This document shows, in pieces, positions 10,224 to 20,636 of a stretch of DNA of 64,000 nucleotides. Positions within the stretch are counted from its first letter, which is position 1; each line of letters opens with the position of its first letter. The position numbers and the translations under genes were made by a program. The notes under the pieces were generated by a model that worked only from the letters and a program-made list of their open reading frames with translations, did no database searches and was not told the DNA's origin. Source of the DNA: Nitrospirota bacterium (lineage in GTDB: Bacteria; Nitrospirota; UBA9217); NCBI GenBank assembly GCA_963741205.1, contig CAVUHW010000015.1, positions 128,001-192,000 on the forward strand, read 5' to 3'.

Positions 10224-10286
10224 TTACTTCTTTTTGCTCTTCGGTTTTTTTACTTCCTTTTTTGCGCCTTGCCGTGAAGCTGCCAT
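10224..10286 (-). CDS. Putative 20-aa Lys-rich peptide MAASRQGAKKEVKKPKSKKK
   Basis: Strong SD aaggaggtga 7 nt before ATG; co-oriented with the neighbouring small genes. Confidence 0.5.
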   Translation of the reverse strand: MAASRQGAKKEVKKPKSKKK

Positions 10287-10330
10287 GCCCCCATCACCTC
10301 CTTTTGCGAGAGTCCCTGCTGATTCCCGCG

Positions 10331-10495
10331 TCAGACGACGTTTATAGTGTCCTGCCCGTCTTCGGCGCGCGGGGTCTGATCCTCAGCAGGCTTCAGTGAA
10401 TTTTTATCAAGTTTGCGCTGCCTTTTTTCCTCGTTCTTCTTTTGCTTCGCAAGTTCCTTCTGACGCTTTTGGAAATTAAAGTTCGGTTTTCCCAA
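10331..10495 (-). CDS. 54-aa basic small protein (MGKPNFNFQKRQKELAKQKKNEEKRQRK...)
   Basis: SD caggaggt, TTG start; resembles the small conserved KPN[YF]xFxKRQ[KR]EL hypothetical proteins seen near csp/rpsU genes. Confidence 0.7.
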   Translation of the reverse strand: MGKPNFNFQKRQKELAKQKKNEEKRQRKLDKNSLKPAEDQTPRAEDGQDTINVV

Positions 10496-10612
10496 TGGAT
10501 ACCTCCTGAGGAAGAAAAGTACGTACTGAGCCGGGCCTTGATGAGGGGTGGCCGGCCACTTCGGCTCTGGCTGGGCTCCTGAGGCACGGCCAGACGAAAG
10601 GGGCGGCTACAG

Positions 10613-10714
10613 ATAGTCCGGACCTGAAGCGGCAGCAACCGTCTCTCTACGCTGCCTCAACGGATCTTTCGAGGCAACGGCCGTCACTTGCTTTCCGGGT
10701 TAGGTCCGGATATT
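10613..10714. ncRNA. Candidate structured RNA (long bulged hairpin)
   Basis: Nested helices tccggacct/aggtccgga, agcaa/ttgct, ccgt/acgg, tgcctc/gaggca in a non-coding gap. Confidence 0.4.
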
Positions 10715-10798
10715 GATGCGATTTTATTGAACGGAGCGATCATGTCCACGGCGGGCGGTTCATTTGAGCCCCCCGATCGAACGCCCCGCTATTTGGGA

Positions 10799-11050
10799 TC
10801 AGGTTGTTCGGTGCGGCGGGCGCGCCGCATCGCCGCTTGCCGGCCTCGGCGACGAGCCACCCGGGCGCGATCGCTTGAGAAGCTTCCGTTTCCGCTTCTG
10901 CGCCTCCAACTGCTTCCTCTTTTTTTTCACCGAGGGCTTTTCGTAAAAGCGCCGCTTCTTCAGCTCCCCAAATACCCCGTCCAGCTGAAGTTTCTTTTTC
11001 AGGAACCGCAGCGCCTTTTCGATGTCCTGGGACTGGACCCTTACCTCCAC
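10799..11050 (-). CDS. rpsU: 30S ribosomal protein bS21 with C-terminal extension
   Basis: IEKALRFLKKK, ELKKRRFYEKPSVKKKRK. Confidence 0.9.
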   Translation of the reverse strand: MEVRVQSQDIEKALRFLKKKLQLDGVFGELKKRRFYEKPSVKKKRKQLEAQKRKRKLLKRSRPGGSSPRPASGDAARPPHRTT

Positions 11051-11382
11051 GACCGGCCCCCTCCGCCGCCGTATCCGCCGCCGCGATTACCGCCTCTGCC
11101 ACCGCCGCCGCCGGACCCGGAGCGCCCGCCCTCTGTCTTCGGCCGGGCTTCGTTCACGGTGATCGTACGCTCCATGAACGATGTGCCGTTCATCGTTGCG
11201 ATCGCCTTGGCCGCATCCTCGTCCGACGCCATCTCCACGAAACCGAACCCCTTGGACCTGCCGTTCGTCTGATCGACGATCAGCGTAGCGGACAGGACCT
11301 CGCCGATCTTCGAAAATGCCTCGCGCAAATCCTCCTCGTGGGTGTTGTACGACAGATTGCCTACATACAGTTTCTTCGCCAT
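11041..11382 (-). CDS. RRM RNA-binding protein with Gly-rich tail
   Basis: RNP2 KLYVGNLSY, RNP1 RSKGFGFVEM, VNEARPK, poly-Gly tail. Confidence 0.95.
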   Translation of the reverse strand: MAKKLYVGNLSYNTHEEDLREAFSKIGEVLSATLIVDQTNGRSKGFGFVEMASDEDAAKAIATMNGTSFMERTITVNEARPKTEGGRSGSGGGGGRGGNRGGGYGGGGGRSWR

Positions 11383-11666
11383 GTTACCTCCTGTGTGATT
11401 TCAATTTCGCGCTGACGGTCGTCCCGCACAGCGCGTTTACTTCCTCCGCCGGGTCGCGCAGCGTCCCCCCTCTCATTATAAGGGGAGTGCAGGCCTGCGT
11501 GCGTTACCTGCCGCAGCCGCATCGTTCGCCAACCGTGCATGCCGTCGCTTTTTTTGAAGGTGCGAAAAGGTGAGAGCAGGAGGAGTCAGTGATCGATGAT
11601 AAGGCGCGGACGACAGCTCGTTCCAAAAAACGAGTGTTCCTTGCACCGCTAATGGTGTATAGGTAC

Positions 11667-11694
11667 ATTATACCTATTTTGGCGGCAGTTGCAA
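11667..11694 (-). promoter_or_regulatory. Sigma70-type promoter of the RRM-rpsU operon (~280-nt leader)
   Basis: TTGCAA-N16-TATAAT on the minus strand. Confidence 0.55.
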
Positions 11695-11992
11695 GGGTTT
11701 TCCGATGGACAAGGCCAAGCGGAATTTGGAATGCGAATTTTATCGCAAAAGACAGCGTGTACGGACCTCCTCGCCAGCCTAGTTTCCAATCTTCTTGATA
11801 ATAAACGGGCCGTGTATTATAATTGTTCGCAATCAACCCGCGAAAAAGCCGCCTTCCTCGCAGCGTGACAGGGCCTGGAGCGGGATCCCGAAAGACACCG
11901 CAGGAAAATATATTGCCCCCGTTGCGTCGTTCAAGAATCCGAAGTTGATACGCGGCCGCATGGCGGGAAGAATCTAATGTACGGAGAATAAC

Positions 11993-13747
11993 GTGCCGGG
12001 AAAAGAATTCGTGATCCATCCGGAAAGCAGCGAAGAACAGCGCAGGGCCATTTATGAGAATTCCCCGATCGGCATAGAGATCTATGACGCCGACGGGACG
12101 CTCATCGACGCGAACAGGGCCTGCTTGGAAATATTCGGCATCGATGACGTTTCGGCGGTCAAGGGGTTTCGGCTCTTCGAGGACCCGAACTTGAGCGAGG
12201 AGCACAAAAAAGCGCTCCGCGAGGGGAAGCCTGTCTCCCAGGAGGTTATTTTTGATTTTGAGGAGGTACGGAAGCACAACCTCTATCCCACTTCCAGACA
12301 GGGGACCATCTATCTCGACCTGTTCCTATCGCCTCTGTTATCACCCGACGGGAAGACAAATTCAGGCTACATCGTCCATGTCCGCGACATCACCAAGAGA
12401 AAGCTTGTCGAGGAGATGCTCCGGGAGCAAAAAATATTTGCGGAGAACGTCATCGATAATTCCGCGGTGGCCATGTTCGTGCTGGACCCGGGCCACAGAG
12501 TTGTTTTTTGGAACAAGGCGTGCGAAGAACTCAGCGGGGTCAGCGCCCATGACATGCGCGGCACCAGCAATCACTGGCGGCCGTTTTACGCAGAGCGGAG
12601 GCCGACGCTGGCGGATATCGTTATCGACAAAGAATACGGGAAACTCGGTTCGCTGTATGAGAAAAGCAGGCGGTCCGAGTTCGTTCCGGACGGCATTCAC
12701 GCCGAGGGCTGGTTCGCGGACATGAACGGAAAAGACCGGTATATCGTTTTTGACGCCGCTCCCATCTACGACAGCACACAGCGTCTGATCGTCGCGATCG
12801 AGACCCTGCAGGACATGACCGAATTCAAGCGGACCGGCGAGGACCTGGAAAAAAAGACGCGGGAGCTCAGCCGGTCGAACGCGGAGCTTGAGCGCTTTGC
12901 TTATGTCGCTTCGCACGATCTGAAGGAGCCGCTCCTGTCCATCGGCGGGTTTGCGGAAGTGTTGCAGGAAAAATACGGCGACAAGCTCGATGCCAAGGGC
13001 ATGACGTTTCTCTCCTACATCGTGGAGGGAACGGTCCGCATGAAGCACCTGATCGACGATCTCCTGTCCTACGCCCGGGTGACCACGCGGGCCAGGCCCT
13101 TCGAACCCGTAGACTGCAATGCCGTCCTGGGCGCGGTCCTTTCCAGCCTCAAGTCGGCCATCGACGAAAGCGGCGCCGTGATCACGCTTGACGAACTCCC
13201 GACTGTTACGGGAGACGAAACACAGCTCGTCCAGATCTTCCAAAACCTGATCGGCAACGCACTGAAATACCGGCGCGCCGCTCCCCCGGTCATTCACGTC
13301 TCGGCGAAGCCGGTTTCGGAACCGCCGGAGCCGGGGCATGCGGACGAAGGCAAAGAAGCTCCTGTTCGAGGATCTCGGGCCGGACTCGGAAAGGGCTGGC
13401 TTTTTGCCGTCTCCGACAACGGCATCGGCATTGCCCTGCGTGATTTCGACAAGCTCTTCCAGATATTTCAGCGCCTCCATTCCGACGAAGGAGAATATCC
13501 CGGCACGGGCATCGGCCTCGCGATATGTTCCAAAATCGCGGAGCGGCACGGCGGCAGCATCTGGGTCGAGTCCGAGCCCGGCAAGGGCTCGACGTTCTTT
13601 TTTACAATCCGGGGCATGAAGGCCGCGTCGAGCTTCTCTTTACTGCCCAAACCGGTTTTCCGCTTCAATCCCATTAACCGTAGACGCAAAAATCGACGCA
13701 GTCACCTGAAAGCCCTGCCATCCCTTGGCGTTTACCTACCATTATAA
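11993..13747 (+). CDS. PAS-PAS sensor histidine kinase
   Basis: Two PAS domains, ERFAYVASHDLKEPL H-box, QNLIGNALKY, DNGIGI, GTGIGLAIC; last ~40 aa may be spurious. Confidence 0.9.
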   Translation: MPGKEFVIHPESSEEQRRAIYENSPIGIEIYDADGTLIDANRACLEIFGIDDVSAVKGFRLFEDPNLSEEHKKALREGKPVSQEVIFDFEEVRKHNLYPTSRQGTIYLDLFLSPLLSPDGKTNSGYIVHVRDITKRKLVEEMLREQKIFAENVIDNSAVAMFVLDPGHRVVFWNKACEELSGVSAHDMRGTSNHWRPFYAERRPTLADIVIDKEYGKLGSLYEKSRRSEFVPDGIHAEGWFADMNGKDRYIVFDAAPIYDSTQRLIVAIETLQDMTEFKRTGEDLEKKTRELSRSNAELERFAYVASHDLKEPLLSIGGFAEVLQEKYGDKLDAKGMTFLSYIVEGTVRMKHLIDDLLSYARVTTRARPFEPVDCNAVLGAVLSSLKSAIDESGAVITLDELPTVTGDETQLVQIFQNLIGNALKYRRAAPPVIHVSAKPVSEPPEPGHADEGKEAPVRGSRAGLGKGWLFAVSDNGIGIALRDFDKLFQIFQRLHSDEGEYPGTGIGLAICSKIAERHGGSIWVESEPGKGSTFFFTIRGMKAASSFSLLPKPVFRFNPINRRRKNRRSHLKALPSLGVYLPL

Positions 13748-13853
13748 TGATCTCGCAGCTTCCTAATCCTGTTGATCTGTTCGTAAGACCCTTGAGCCTT
13801 GCAAATCCCATAAACTTGTGATAGTGTAGCGCCTCGTTCCTGAAGCAAGGGCT

Positions 13854-13920
13854 CTGGATACCTGCCCTCCCGTTTGTACGGGGGCAAGTTTATCCGTGCG
13901 GAAGCGGGGGCAGGAATGAC
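13854..13920. repeat. REP-like palindrome (ctggat...ggaatgac type)
   Basis: cctgccctc...gggggcaggaatgac; same end motif as the element at 44005-44067. Confidence 0.45.
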
Positions 13921-13928
13921 GAACAAAT

Positions 13929-14531
13929 ATGGAAATCGTTCTCGCCACGCGGAATAAAAAAAAGATCGAAGAGATCAAGCGGATCACTGCCGGCCTGCCG
14001 ATCACCATTCTCTCGCTTGATAATTTTCCTGACTGCCCCGAGACCGTGGAGGACAAGGACACCTTCGAAGGGAATGCGGTGAAGAAAGCGGTCGAGGTCT
14101 GCCGATGCACGGGCAAGCCTGCTCTTGCCGACGACTCGGGACTCGAAGTGGATGCGCTGGGCGGGGCGCCCGGGGTGTACTCCGCGCGGTATGCGGGCGG
14201 GACAAGCGGCGGGAACGACGTCCGCAATTATGAAAAACTTCTTGCCGAACTTGACAGCGTCTCCGACGAAAAACGCGGGGCTCAGTTCGTTTGCTGCATG
14301 GCTTTGGCTTTTCCGGACGGATCGATAAAGACATTTTTCGGGTATTCAGAAGGCAGCATTTCCCGTGCGCCCAAGGGGAATTCGGGGTTTGGATACGACC
14401 CGGTATTCATTCCAAAGGGCTACAAAAGGACCTTTGCGGAGATGGCCGGAGAAGAGAAAGATAAGCTCAGCCATAGGGGTAAAGCTCTTGAAAAACTAGC
14501 TGAATTCTTTCATTCTAAACTGCATTTATAA
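13929..14531 (+). CDS. rdgB: XTP/dITP diphosphatase (Ham1/RdgB)
   Basis: [35 protein letters not shown]. Confidence 0.95.
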   Translation: MEIVLATRNKKKIEEIKRITAGLPITILSLDNFPDCPETVEDKDTFEGNAVKKAVEVCRCTGKPALADDSGLEVDALGGAPGVYSARYAGGTSGGNDVRNYEKLLAELDSVSDEKRGAQFVCCMALAFPDGSIKTFFGYSEGSISRAPKGNSGFGYDPVFIPKGYKRTFAEMAGEEKDKLSHRGKALEKLAEFFHSKLHL

Positions 14532-14678
14532 ACAAAACTAATATTCAAATTATAATTTTTAACTTGAAAAATAACTCGTTTTCAACCATTATAGGCCGGT
14601 TAAAAACTTGAGAAGGGTTTCTTTCGCCTTTCACGTTCTCTTCTGGAAAAAATCTCAAATCTACGGAGGGCAGTCCCC

Positions 14679-15326
14679 ATGGCCAAGAGAGTAGTATTGC
14701 TCGGAGCTCCCGGCGCCGGCAAAGGCACGCAGGCGAAGATGCTGATTGAGAAGTACAAGATCCCCCAGATCTCCACGGGAGACATCCTCCGCAAGGCCGT
14801 GGCCGACGGCACGCCGCTCGGCAAGGAAGCGAAGGTGATCATGGACTCGGGCGGGCTCGTGTCCGACAAGATCGTGCTCGGCCTCGTGGAAGAGCGCATC
14901 AAACAGCCCGACTGCAAGGCCGGATTCATCCTCGACGGGTTCCCGCGCAACACGGCCCAGGCCGAGGCCCTCGACAAGATCCTCTCGGGCATGGGCATGC
15001 CTCTTACCATCGCCCTCAATATCGACGTGGACATGAACGACCTCCTCAAGCGCCTCACCGGCCGAAGGACCTGCAAAGGCTGCCAGCAGATGTACAACAT
15101 CTATTTCTCGGCCCCGAAGAAGGAAGGCGTCTGCGACAAGTGCGGCGGAGCGCTCTTCCAGCGCGACGACGACAAGGAAGCGACCATCAAGAAGCGGCTC
15201 GACGTATACACGCAGCAGACCGCGCCGCTCATCGACTACTATTCCAAAAAGAACATCATGAAGACCGTCATGGGCGTGGGCAGCATCAGCGACATCTTCA
15301 ACAAGGTGACCGCCGTCCTGGGGTAA
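14679..15326 (+). CDS. adk: Adenylate kinase with Zn-lid
   Basis: GAPGAGKGTQ, ISTGDILR, LDGFPRN, CKGC/CDKC lid, QRDDD. Confidence 0.97.
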   Translation: MAKRVVLLGAPGAGKGTQAKMLIEKYKIPQISTGDILRKAVADGTPLGKEAKVIMDSGGLVSDKIVLGLVEERIKQPDCKAGFILDGFPRNTAQAEALDKILSGMGMPLTIALNIDVDMNDLLKRLTGRRTCKGCQQMYNIYFSAPKKEGVCDKCGGALFQRDDDKEATIKKRLDVYTQQTAPLIDYYSKKNIMKTVMGVGSISDIFNKVTAVLG

Positions 15327-15395
15327 AGGACCATCGATAGGTCCTCGACGGTGGACCTATTTAGTAATTTAAATTCTTTTAAGGAGGAAACAACT

Positions 15396-16639
15396 ATGGC
15401 ACTGGTAAAGCCTCACGGTAAAAAGAAGAAGCTCATGCCGCTTCTTCTGGCAGGAACGGCCCTGCAGAAAGAGCTCAAGAAGGCCAAGACCCTGAAGCAG
15501 CTCAAGATCTCCTCGCGCGAGACCGCAGACCTCGTGATGATGGGCATCGGCGCGTTCACCCCGCTCACCGGCTTCATGACGAAGAAGGACTGGAAGGGCG
15601 TGTGCGACAAGTACAAGATGGCGGACGGCACGTTCTGGCCGGTCCCGGTGACGCTCTCGGCGACCCCGGAGTTCGCCGAATTCGCTCAAGAAGAACGAAG
15701 AGATCACCCTCGTGGACGAAGAATCGGGCACGATCATGGCCACCATGAAGGTGGCCGAGAAGTACGCCATGTCCAAGTCCGACAAGGAGCACGAGTGCAA
15801 GCAGATCTTCCGGACAGTCGATGTTGCAGGTCACCCGGGCGTGCAGAAGGTCATGGGCCAGCCTGATTTCAACCTGGCCGGTCCGGTGAAGGTCCTCTCC
15901 GAGGCCCACTTCCCCGAGACCTTCAAGGGCATCTACATGACCCCGGTCCAGACCCGCAAGATGTTCGAGGAGAAGGGCTGGAGCACGATCGCGGCGTTCC
16001 AGACCCGGAACCCCATGCACCGCTCGCATGAGTACCTTGCCAAGATCGCCATCGAGACCATGGACGGCGTGCTGATCCACCAGATCCTGGGCAAGCTCAA
16101 AGAAGGCGATATCCCGGCCGATGTCCGCGCCGATGCCATCAACACCCTCATGGAGAAGTACTTCGTGAAGGACTCCGCCATCCAGTGCGGCTATCCCATG
16201 GAAATGCGCTATGCCGGGCCGCGCGAGGCGCTGCTCCATGCGCTCTTCCGGCAGAACTTCGGCTGCAGCCACCTGATCGTCGGCCGCGACCATGCCGGCG
16301 TGGGCGACTACTACGGCCCGTTCGATGCCCAGAAGATCTTCGACGATATCCCGAAGGGCGCGCTCGAGACCCAGCCCCTGAAGATCGACCATACGTTCTA
16401 CTGCTTCAAGTGCGACGGCATGGCCTCCATGAGGACCTGCCCCCACAGCAAGGAAGACCGGCTCATGCTGTCCGGCACCAAGCTCCGGAAGATGCTCTCC
16501 GAGGGCGAGAACGTGCCCGATCATTTCAGCCGCCCCGAAGTGCTCGAGATCCTCAAGAAATACTATGCCGGCCTCACCGAGAAGGTGGAGATCAAGCTGC
16601 ACGCCCACGCCGAGGGCACGCATACGGAGAAGAAGGTAA
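15396..16639 (+). CDS. sat: Sulfate adenylyltransferase (dissimilatory type); frameshift ~15680 and probably just before the stop
   Basis: [47 protein letters not shown]; TAA 16637-16639 is in frame if one extra G is removed. Confidence 0.95.
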
Positions 16640-16702
16640 CGCACGGCACAACGACTGCAAGATGCAGTTTACTACATTCTATAGATAGGAGGTTACAGAA
16701 AC

Positions 16703-17134
16703 ATGCCGAGTTATGTGATTACAGAGAAGTGTGACGGCTGCAAGGCGCAAGATAAGACTGCTTGCCAGTATATCTGCCCGAACGACCTCATGACCCTGAA
16801 CAGGGATCTCATGAAGGCCTTCAACCAGGAGCCGGAGCAGTGCTGGGAGTGCTACAACTGCGTGAAGATCTGCCCGCAGCAGGCGATCGAGGTCCGGGCC
16901 TACCAGGATTTCGCCCCCCTGGGCGCGAACGTGATCCCGATGAGGGGCACGGACTCCATCATGTGGACCATCAAGTTCCGGAACGGGATCCTCAAGCGGT
17001 TCAAGTTCCCGATCAGGACCACTGCCGAAGGCTCGGTCGATCCCTACAAGGGCAAGCCTGAAGCGGATTTTGCGAAAATCAAACAGCCGGGCTTCTTCAC
17101 TACGTCGAAGCCGATGCCGGTAATCAAGAAATAA
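16703..17134 (+). CDS. aprB: Adenylyl-sulfate reductase beta subunit
   Basis: [36 protein letters not shown]. Confidence 0.97.
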   Translation: MPSYVITEKCDGCKAQDKTACQYICPNDLMTLNRDLMKAFNQEPEQCWECYNCVKICPQQAIEVRAYQDFAPLGANVIPMRGTDSIMWTIKFRNGILKRFKFPIRTTAEGSVDPYKGKPEADFAKIKQPGFFTTSKPMPVIKK

Positions 17135-17147
17135 GGAGGAACTACAA

Positions 17148-19192
17148 ATGGAAAAAGAAACCTGTACGTTTTCGTTCTGCAAGAAGCCGGCGATCGAAGA
17201 CGGTCGAGACCGATCTCCTCCTCATCGGCGGCGGTATGGCGTGCTGCGGCGCGGCGTTCGAAGGCGCCCGCTGGGCAAACCCCAAGAAGATGAAAATCAC
17301 CATGGTGGACAAGGCCGCGACCGACCGGTCCGGCGCCGTTGCCATGGGTCTGTCGGCCATCAACACCTACATGGGTGAGAACGATCCGGCGGACTATGTA
17401 AAGATGGTACGGAACGACCTCATGGGCATCATCCGCGAAGACCTGGTCTATGACCTCGGCCGTCACGTTGATGATTCCGTGCAGCTCTTCGAGGAGTGGG
17501 GACTTCCGATCTGGAAAATGGGCGACGACGGCTTCTCCCTCGACGGCTTCCAGGCAAAGGAAGCAGGCAAGGCCATGCTGAAGGACGGCGGCAAGCCGGT
17601 CCGCTCCGGCAAGTGGCAGATCATGATCAACGGCGAGTCCTACAAGGTCATCGTTGCCGAAGCCGCGAAGAAGGCCCTCGAGACCAACAGGGCGGCGACG
17701 GGCGTAAAGCAGAACCACTACGAGCGCGTGTTCATCGTGAAGCTCTACAATGATGCAAAGGAGCCGAATCGCGTTGCAGCAGCGGCCGGCTTCAGCGTTC
17801 GTGAGAACAAGATCTACATATTCAAGGCAAAGGCCATGGTCCTGGCAGCCGGCGGCGCGGTGAACGTGTTCCGTCCCCGGTCGACCCAGGAAGGCCAGGG
17901 CCGCGCCTGGTACCCGGTATGGAACTCCGGTTCCGGCTACGCTCTCGGCCTCCAGGCCGGCGCAGAGCTCACCATGATGGAAAACCGCTTCGTGCCCGCC
18001 CGCTTCAAGGACGGCTACGGACCGGTGGGCGCCTGGTTCCTGTTCTTCAAGGCCAAGGCGACCAACAGCCTCGGCGAAGACTATTGCGCCAAGCCCGAAG
18101 CCCTGGCGGAAGCCAAGGCGAAGTACGGCAAGTATGTCGACAACCTCGGCACGGCCATCCGCAACCACCTCATGATGCGCGACATGAAGCTCGGCAAAGG
18201 CCCGATCCTCATGAGGACCGATGAGGCAATGGCAGCGATCAACAAGAACTTCAAGGAAAAGCTCGGCGACAAAGAGGGCGCCAAGAAGGTGAAGCACCTC
18301 GAGGCAGAGGCATGGGAAGACTTCCTCGATATGGCCATCGGCCAGGCCGGCCTCTGGGCCGCGCAAGAACGTCGAGCCGGACAAGGTTCCGTCCGAAATC
18401 ATGCCGACCGAGCCTTATCTCCTCGGCTCGCATGCGGGCTGCGCAGGCTTCTGGTGCTGCGGTCCCGATGATCTCGGCGCGCCGGAAGAATGGAACAAGA
18501 AGTGGCCGGCCGGCAACTACAACCGCCAGTCGACCGTGAAGGGCCTCTTTATGTGCGGCGACATCTGCGGCGCTTCGGGCCACAAGTTCTCCTCGGGTTC
18601 GCACGCGGAAGGCCGTATCGCGGCGAAGAACGCGATCTGCGTTCATCCTCGACAACCCGAACTACACGCCGACCATCAAGGAGACGGAGGACCACCTGGC
18701 GGCCGAGCTCTATCTGCCGTTCGAGGTCTACGAGAAGCACAAGACCTACACCACGGATCCACGAACACCAACCCGAACTACATCAAGCCGAAGATGCTCC
18801 AGACCCGTCTGCAGAAGATCTCCGACGAGTACTTTGGCGGCATCGGGACCTGGTACATGACCTCCAAGACCATGCTGGATGCAGGCCTCCAGAAGCTCCA
18901 GGTGCTGAAGGAAGACACCTCCAAGATGGCCGCAAGCAACCTGCACGAACTGATGCGCTGCTGGGAGAACTACCACCGCATCCTCTCCGTGGAAGCCCAT
19001 GCCCGCCACATCCTGTTCCGGGAAGAGTCGCGGTATCCCGGCTACTACTATCGCGGCGACTTCGACAAGATGGACGACACCAACTGGAAGTGCTTCGTCA
19101 ACTCCAAGTACGACCTCGAGAAGGACACTTGGGAAGTCAAGAAGGTCCCCTACGTACAGCTGGTTGAGGATGCAGCTCCTGTAAAACATTAA
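17148..19192 (+). CDS. aprA: Adenylyl-sulfate reductase alpha subunit; about four indels (~17198, 18367, 18640, 18761)
   Basis: RSGAVAMGLSAINTY, GKWQIMINGESYK, ENRFVPARFKDGYGPVGAW, HKFSSGSHAEGR, REESRYPGYYYR. Confidence 0.96.
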
Positions 19193-19205
19193 GAACATTC
19201 ACAAC

Positions 19206-19233
19206 TCCGGGGAGGGCATTGCCCTTCCCGGAG
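19206..19233 (+). terminator. Stable hairpin after aprA (terminator or mRNA stabiliser)
   Basis: tccggggagggca-t-tgcccttcccgga, short U-tract. Confidence 0.5.
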
Positions 19234-19238
19234 ATTTT

Positions 19239-19349
19239 ATTGAAAATTGAAAATTGGAAATTTCAAATTGAAATCGAGGGAAAAGGATCTACCGTTCTTT
19301 TCTTCAAATTTAAAATTTCCAATCTTCAATTTCCAATCTCCAACTTTCA
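19239..19349. repeat. Heptamer periodic palindrome between aprA and qmoA
   Basis: (attgaaa)-like x5, ~30-nt spacer, (ttccaat)-like x6. Confidence 0.8.
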
Positions 19350-19382
19350 CGGTTATACTGCCTTAAGGAGGAATAGGATATC

Positions 19383-20634
19383 ATGGCGGAAAATAAGGTG
19401 TTGGTTGTCGGCGGGGGCTTTTCCGGCCTCACGGCGGCGGTAGAAGCCGCGGAGGCGGGTTCCGATGTGATCATCGTGGAAAAGAACGCCTATCTCGGCG
19501 GCCGGGTGACGCAGCTGAACAAGTACTTCTGGAAACTCTGCCCGCCGAACTGCGGCCTCGAGATCCAGTACAAGCGCATCAAGAACAACGGCCAGGTCAA
19601 GATCTATACCCTGGCCGAGGTGGAGAAGATCTCCGGCACCGAGGGCAACTTCGACGTGACCATCAAGATACAGCCCCGGTTCGTGAACGAAAAGTGCACG
19701 GGCTGCAACAAGTGCGCGGAGGCCTGCGAGATCGAGCGGCCGAACGACTTCGATTTCGGCATGAGCAAGACCAAGGCCGCCTACCTCCCTCACAACCAGG
19801 CCTTCCCGCTCCAGTACGTCATCGACAGCAAGGTCTGCAAGGGCGCGGCCTGCGCCAAGTGCGCCGAGGCCTGCAAGTACGACGCGATCCACCTCGACAT
19901 GAAGCCCGAGACCGTGAACGTGAAGGTCGGCGCCGTGGTCATGGCCACGGGCTGGAACCCCTACGATGCGACGAAGATGGACAACCTCGGGTTCGGCAAG
20001 GTCCAGAACGTGATCACGAACATGATGATGGAGCGGCTGGCCGCACCCAACGGCCCCACGGCCGGGCAAGGTCGTGCGTCCCTCGGACGGCAAAGAAGTG
20101 AAGAACATCGCCTTCGTGCAGTGCGCGGGCTCCCGCGACGAGAACCATCTGGCCCATTGCTCCTATATCTGCTGCCTGGCGTCCATCAAGCAGGCGACCT
20201 ATGTTCGCGAGCTCTATCCCGATTCCAAGGCAAAGATCTTCTATATCGACATGCGGACCCCCGGTCTCTACGAGAACCGGTTCTATACCAAGATCAAGGA
20301 AGACCAGAACGTGTCCTTCCTCAAGGGCAAGGTAGCCAAGATCGAGCAGGCGGAGAACGGCGACGTGAAGGTCACCGCCGAGGACATCCACGGCGGCGGC
20401 AAGGTCACCGAGACCTTCGACATGGTCGTCCTGGCAACGGGCATGCAGCCCTCGACAGAGTCCCTCAAGGGTGCGGGAATTACACCGACCGACGACGGGT
20501 TTGTGGACCAGGCAACGCTGCCCGCGGGCATCTATGCGACCGGGACGCTCAAGACCCCCGTTGACGTGGCGCGGTCCGCGCAGGATGCCACCGGCGTGGT
20601 CATGAAGAGCATCCAGAGCTTGAGGAGGAAATAA
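19383..20634 (+). CDS. qmoA: QmoA (HdrA-like flavoprotein); frameshift ~20063
   Basis: VVGGGFSG, KLCPPNCGLE, FVQCAGSRDENHLAHCSYICC; directly follows aprBA. Confidence 0.92.
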
Positions 20635-20636
20635 GG

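Noticed and set aside
10613-10714. SRP (4.5S) RNA or 6S RNA
   Set aside because: caggtccgga occurs on the minus strand but is not followed by the aggaagcagc of SRP helix 8; too short for 6S.
13305-13400. About 25-aa insertion in the histidine kinase ATPase domain as another repeat invasion
   Set aside because: No clear nucleotide periodicity; ordinary variable loop.
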